Shown in pieces: positions 60,200 to 64,000 of a stretch of DNA of 64,000 nucleotides; position 1 is the first letter of the stretch; every line of letters starts with the position of its first letter. The translations under genes were made by a program, and so were the position numbers. The notes below the pieces were generated by a model, which saw only the letters and a list, made by a program, of their open reading frames with translations, was not told where the DNA came from and ran no database searches. The stretch is from an uncultured delta proteobacterium (GTDB lineage: Bacteria; Myxococcota; Myxococcia; Myxococcales; Myxococcaceae), in the NCBI GenBank assembly GCA_963771175.1, contig CAVYSY010000047.1:1-64000 (forward strand), in the 5' to 3' direction.

Positions 60200-60327
60200 T
60201 CCAGACCACGAACCCTACTCTTCTGGTTCCCTATAGGCAACCCACCTTTCTCGTCACCCACCGAGCAGTCACACCTCTCGCAAGGAGGTGCCCGTCCATT
60301 CCAGCAACCATCCCACCTCCCAGGCCC

Positions 60328-62206
60328 TCAAGGCCCGGGCTGGCCGCCGAAGGACTCGGCGCCACGGGGCTGACGCCCGTACGCCTCGCCCGGCTTCAGC
60401 GGTGCCAGCCACAGCAGGTCCAGGGCCTGCATCCCGTCGGGCGAGTAGAGGGACACCTCGGGGCGCTCCGGGCTCATCGTCGCGCCCAGCCCCTCCGCGC
60501 CGGAGGCCCCCTGGCGGAAGGTGACGAGCTGCCCGGGCGCCACGGTGAGGGCGGGCAGCCGCCACTGGGTGGTCATCCGGGTATGTCCCGAGAGGTAGAG
60601 GCCGTCCAGGGACACCGACGCGCGCCCCCGGTTGTAGAGCTGCACCCAGAAGGCGCCGGAGGCGTCGCGGCCCACCCGGTCGATGACGAGCGGCCCGTTG
60701 CCCAGCGCCTCGATGGCGTGGAGGTGGCTGTGCAACCACGCGTTGCGCTCGTGCACGAAGCGGCGGAGGTAATCGGCACTGCGCGCGGCGTGCTCGGGGC
60801 TGACGTACGGGTCCACCGTCTTGCCGTCCTTGCCGGGGAGGATGTACGGAGCGAGCAGCTTGTGCATGGCCTCCACGCGCGGGCGGATGTTGGCCTCGGT
60901 GAACCAGGTGTCGAGCAACAGGCGCAGCCGGGCGACATAGCGGGCGCGCAGGGCCGAGTCATCGTAGATGCGCGTGGTCAGCGTGCTGTACGTGGGCTTC
61001 ATGTCCGTCACGCCGAGCACGTCACGGCGGAACACGAAGAGCTCGTACACTCTCGGGTCATAGGCGGTGTACGAGAAAAGCGGGTGCTCACCCTTCACGC
61101 CCTGGATGACGGCGTTGGTGCGGTTGTAGAGGGACAGCGCGTTGTTGAGGTCCCACGGCACGTACGTCCACCTGCCCAGCTCGCGGTCGTAGACGAGATA
61201 GCTGCGCGAGTCGCCCTGGAGGTCGTTGGCGATGAAGGCGTCCAGCGCCATCCACGTGAGGTAGTCCTCCAGCTCCAGCTTCTGCTCGGCGAAGGCGGCG
61301 AACCGGTGCGGCGGCGTGCGGTTCACCCCCTCGAGGAAGCTCCACAGCCCATCCCACGGCTCCTTCTCGTGGGTCTTCTTGTCCCACTTCTCCTGGTACG
61401 GCTCCTGGGGCGGCTGGCGCAGCTCGCAGTCGACCATGCCACAGCGGTAGAGGTCCCCGTCATCATCGAAATCGTGGGCCGCGAGGAAGTCCTTGTTGAT
61501 GGACTCCAGCTCGGTGAAGACGCCCTCGTACTTCGTGAGGACGCTCCCGTTGACCTGGACGATGTGGAGCTTCACGTGGACGTAGCGGGCGCTCGGCACG
61601 CGCAGGCCCACGCTGGCGGCCAGGTCGTACCAGAGCTTCTCGGTGAGGTAGCCCGAGTCCTTCCACGTCGCGAGCAGCTCGATGTTCTTCTTCCCCTGGA
61701 AGCGAGCCTCCTTGTCGAAGCGCACGTCCCAGGACTTCTTCACGATGCGCGGGTCCGTCTTGGTGGAGCGCCCGCGGAAGCTCAGCTCCACCGGGTACGT
61801 GCGGCCCTCGTGGAGGAACTGGCCCTTCACCTGGAATTTCCTCGAGGGAGGATCCGGAATGTGGTCGTAGAGGGCCTGGTAGTCCGCCTGACTCAGCGTC
61901 AGCTCGTAGGTGGGAATGGACGTCTGCAGTGCCGGCCACCGGGGCTTCGAGGGCGAGGGCCTCGAGCCCGTATGAGTCCCCGAGTCGGGATTGCCGGCAT
62001 CCGGTGAACCCGCGTCCGGTGTGCCCGCATCCGGTGTGCCCGCGTCCGGTGTGCCCGCGTCCGGCGGCTCGGGGCGCGTCCCGGAATCGGGAGGCTCGGA
62101 GTCGAAGAGGTCCGTGGGGTCCTCTCGCACGTCGCGTCGGGTCGCTCGAGCCACCGACACACGCCCCCAGGAGGAGGAGCAGTCCAGTGAGGAACGCGAT
62201 TCTCAT
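60328..62206 (-). CDS. CotH kinase family lipoprotein (one frameshift near 62130)
   Basis: MRIAFLTGLLLLLGAC lipobox; FRGRST, KKSW, E.INKDFL, PWDLNN; C-terminal lamin-tail-like domain. Confidence 0.88.
61985..62070 (-). repeat. 15-bp tandem coding repeat (PDAGT linker)
   Basis: CCCGCGTCCGGTGTG-type units, about 5-6 copies, encoding PDAGT/PDAGS/PDAGN. Confidence 0.85.
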
Positions 62207-62258
62207 ACACCCGCCCAGAAACAAGTGATGCGCCAGGGTCGCGGCCCTCGGAGGGCAC

Positions 62259-63986
62259 TCACGGGGAAGGCGTCGCATGGCGCTCGGGGGCCTCGGCGGA
62301 GGCCGTGCGCAGGCGCTGCGCGAGCGAGTGGTAGTAGCGGTGCAGCGAGAGGTTGAGCGGATCGACGGTGAGGGCCTCGGCGTAGCGCGCCAGGGCGGCG
62401 TCGAGCACATGCTGGGCCTCCAGGAGGATGCCCTCGTCGAAGAAGGAGCGCGCGCGGGCCTCCGCGTCCGGACGGGTGGCGAGGAAGGCCTGACGCAGGC
62501 GCTCCACCGCGCTCAGCGACACCCCGGCGACGATGCAGCGGGCCACGCCCCGGAAGTTGCCCCGGGCCGCATCGAAGCGCGCGCGAGAGAGCGGATCGCC
62601 CAGCGTCCTCCGGGCCATCTCCAGCCGGTCGCGGAGCGACGTGAGGGCCTGGCGCTGCTCGGGAGGCAGGGGTCGATGCCAGAAGGGCTCGAGCCGGCGG
62701 TGGGCCTGGGTGACACGCTGTAGCACCTCGGCGAAGTCCGAGTGCGGGTGGATGGCCAGGAGGGTGTAGGGGTCCTGGCTGCTCGCGGCCGCGCGGGCCA
62801 GCAGTTGGGCGAGCTCCGGATCCGGCGTCGGCTCCGCGGGAGGAGGCGCCAGCGCCTGGGCCACCAGGCGGCGCACGTCCTCGGAGGGCTCGGAGAAGTG
62901 GAGGATGAAGCACTGGCGGCCGCCCCAGGAGCGCGCCTCCTCCGCGGGCAGCAGGCGCACCACGTCGCACGCGCATTCGAGCGCCCAGCCGTTGAGGGAC
63001 AGCTCCACCCGGAGGCGGGCGCCGAGCCTCGGCAACGGCGCGTCACTGGCGATGCGCAGGCCCTCCTCGCTCACGTCGTTGACGAGCACCGACTGCAGCC
63101 CGGGACGGTGCGGATCCTCGACCCGCACGCGGAAGGCGGGAGGCGCGATGCAGCCGAAGGCGGGACGCCGCATGGCCTCGCGCAGGGCCGAGCGGAAGGC
63201 CCGGGCGCTGACGAAGCGCTCGTCGGGGCGCAGGGACATGGCCTGCATCAGCAGCGTGGAGAGGGCCGGCGGCACGCGCTCCTCGAGGACGTGCGGCGGC
63301 AGCGGCCGGGTGGGCTTGTGGACGAGGAGCATCTCGCCCATGCGCCCGCCACCGCCGAAGGGCAGCCGCCCGGTGAGGAGCCGGTAGCCCACCACCGCGA
63401 GCGCGTACAGGTCCGCGCGCCCATCCGGCTCGGCGCGCACCCACAGCTCGGGAGCGAGGTAGGCGGGGCTGCCCACCACCATCCCGGCGGCGAGCTCCTC
63501 CTCGGAGAAGCCCGCGGCCAGGGGGCCGGCCATGCCGAAGTCGAGAATCTTCACGCGCCGCTCACCCTCCCGGTTGGTGGTGAGGACGAGGTTCTCCGGC
63601 TTGATGTCGCGGTGGATGACGCCGCACGCGTGCGCGGCCTCCAGGCCCTCCAGCACCTGGGAGAGCAGGAACACGGCCTCCTCGGGAGGCAGCGGCAGCG
63701 ACAACTTCGACAACGGGGTGCCGGTGACGCACTCCATGAGGAGGCAGTGGTGGCCGCTGGGCGCCTGACGCACGTCGAGGACACGGGCCACACTGGGGTG
63801 GATGATGTGCTGGGAGAGGTGCGCCTCCGAGTAGAAGCGGCTGAGCACGGCCGGGTTCTCGGCCAGGTGCGAGTGGAGCACCTTCACCGCGAAGTGCGCA
63901 CCCGAGGACGAGTGCTCGGCGAGGTACACGGTGCCGAGCGCCCCCGCGCCCAGCTTGCGAACGAGGACGAGTGGCCCGTAGCCCAT
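62259..63986 (-). CDS. Ser/Thr protein kinase with PilZ-like and J-like/TPR-like C-terminal regions; may start beyond the window
   Basis: LGAGALGTVY, AVK, HRDIKPEN, DFG, YLAPE; NDVSEEGLRI (PilZ DxSxxG); DPYTLLAI. The frame is open to the window end. Confidence 0.88.
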   Translation of the reverse strand: MGYGPLVLVRKLGAGALGTVYLAEHSSSGAHFAVKVLHSHLAENPAVLSRFYSEAHLSQHIIHPSVARVLDVRQAPSGHHCLLMECVTGTPLSKLSLPLPPEEAVFLLSQVLEGLEAAHACGVIHRDIKPENLVLTTNREGERRVKILDFGMAGPLAAGFSEEELAAGMVVGSPAYLAPELWVRAEPDGRADLYALAVVGYRLLTGRLPFGGGGRMGEMLLVHKPTRPLPPHVLEERVPPALSTLLMQAMSLRPDERFVSARAFRSALREAMRRPAFGCIAPPAFRVRVEDPHRPGLQSVLVNDVSEEGLRIASDAPLPRLGARLRVELSLNGWALECACDVVRLLPAEEARSWGGRQCFILHFSEPSEDVRRLVAQALAPPPAEPTPDPELAQLLARAAASSQDPYTLLAIHPHSDFAEVLQRVTQAHRRLEPFWHRPLPPEQRQALTSLRDRLEMARRTLGDPLSRARFDAARGNFRGVARCIVAGVSLSAVERLRQAFLATRPDAEARARSFFDEGILLEAQHVLDAALARYAEALTVDPLNLSLHRYYHSLAQRLRTASAEAPERHATPSP

Positions 63987-64000
63987 GCCCGACAGGGCCT

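Overview
GC-rich window with a typically myxobacterial gene content (Cys-rich repeat proteins, Ser/Thr kinases, PPC-domain proteases, DUF4398/OmpA); the taxon is inferred from gene families only. Many genes in about 0.9-35 kb and 44.7-47 kb carry single-base frameshifts, most likely long-read errors, so those genes were rebuilt by eye across frames and their boundaries are approximate. Layout: (1) a minus-strand MoxR/ABC/DUF58/VWA operon (<1-20.1 kb) interrupted by three blocks of unrelated DNA. The largest block holds a secreted hypothetical gene, an AAA-ATPase/PD-(D/E)XK-like gene with a degenerate second copy, and a translationally coupled operon of Fe(II)/2OG dioxygenase, stand-alone A-T-R NRPS-like reductase and NadR-like adenylyltransferase/kinase, which is the best candidate for an undescribed pathway. 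(2) A PQQ beta-propeller gene, an atypical tRNA-Cys(GCA)-like gene, a SusC/SusD pair, an M28 aminopeptidase, and SET and NHL proteins. (3) A kinase-STAND-TM gene followed by two TPR + Cys-rich-repeat gene pairs. (4) M4 protease, ExbB/ExbD/TonB, LysM-C39 peptidase, EEP nuclease, TIGR03118, DUF4398/OmpA. (5) BMP-ROK-PMM/PGM-LOG block, YhcG-like nuclease, CotH kinase and a PilZ-containing kinase. No CRISPR array, rRNA, integrase or transposase was seen.
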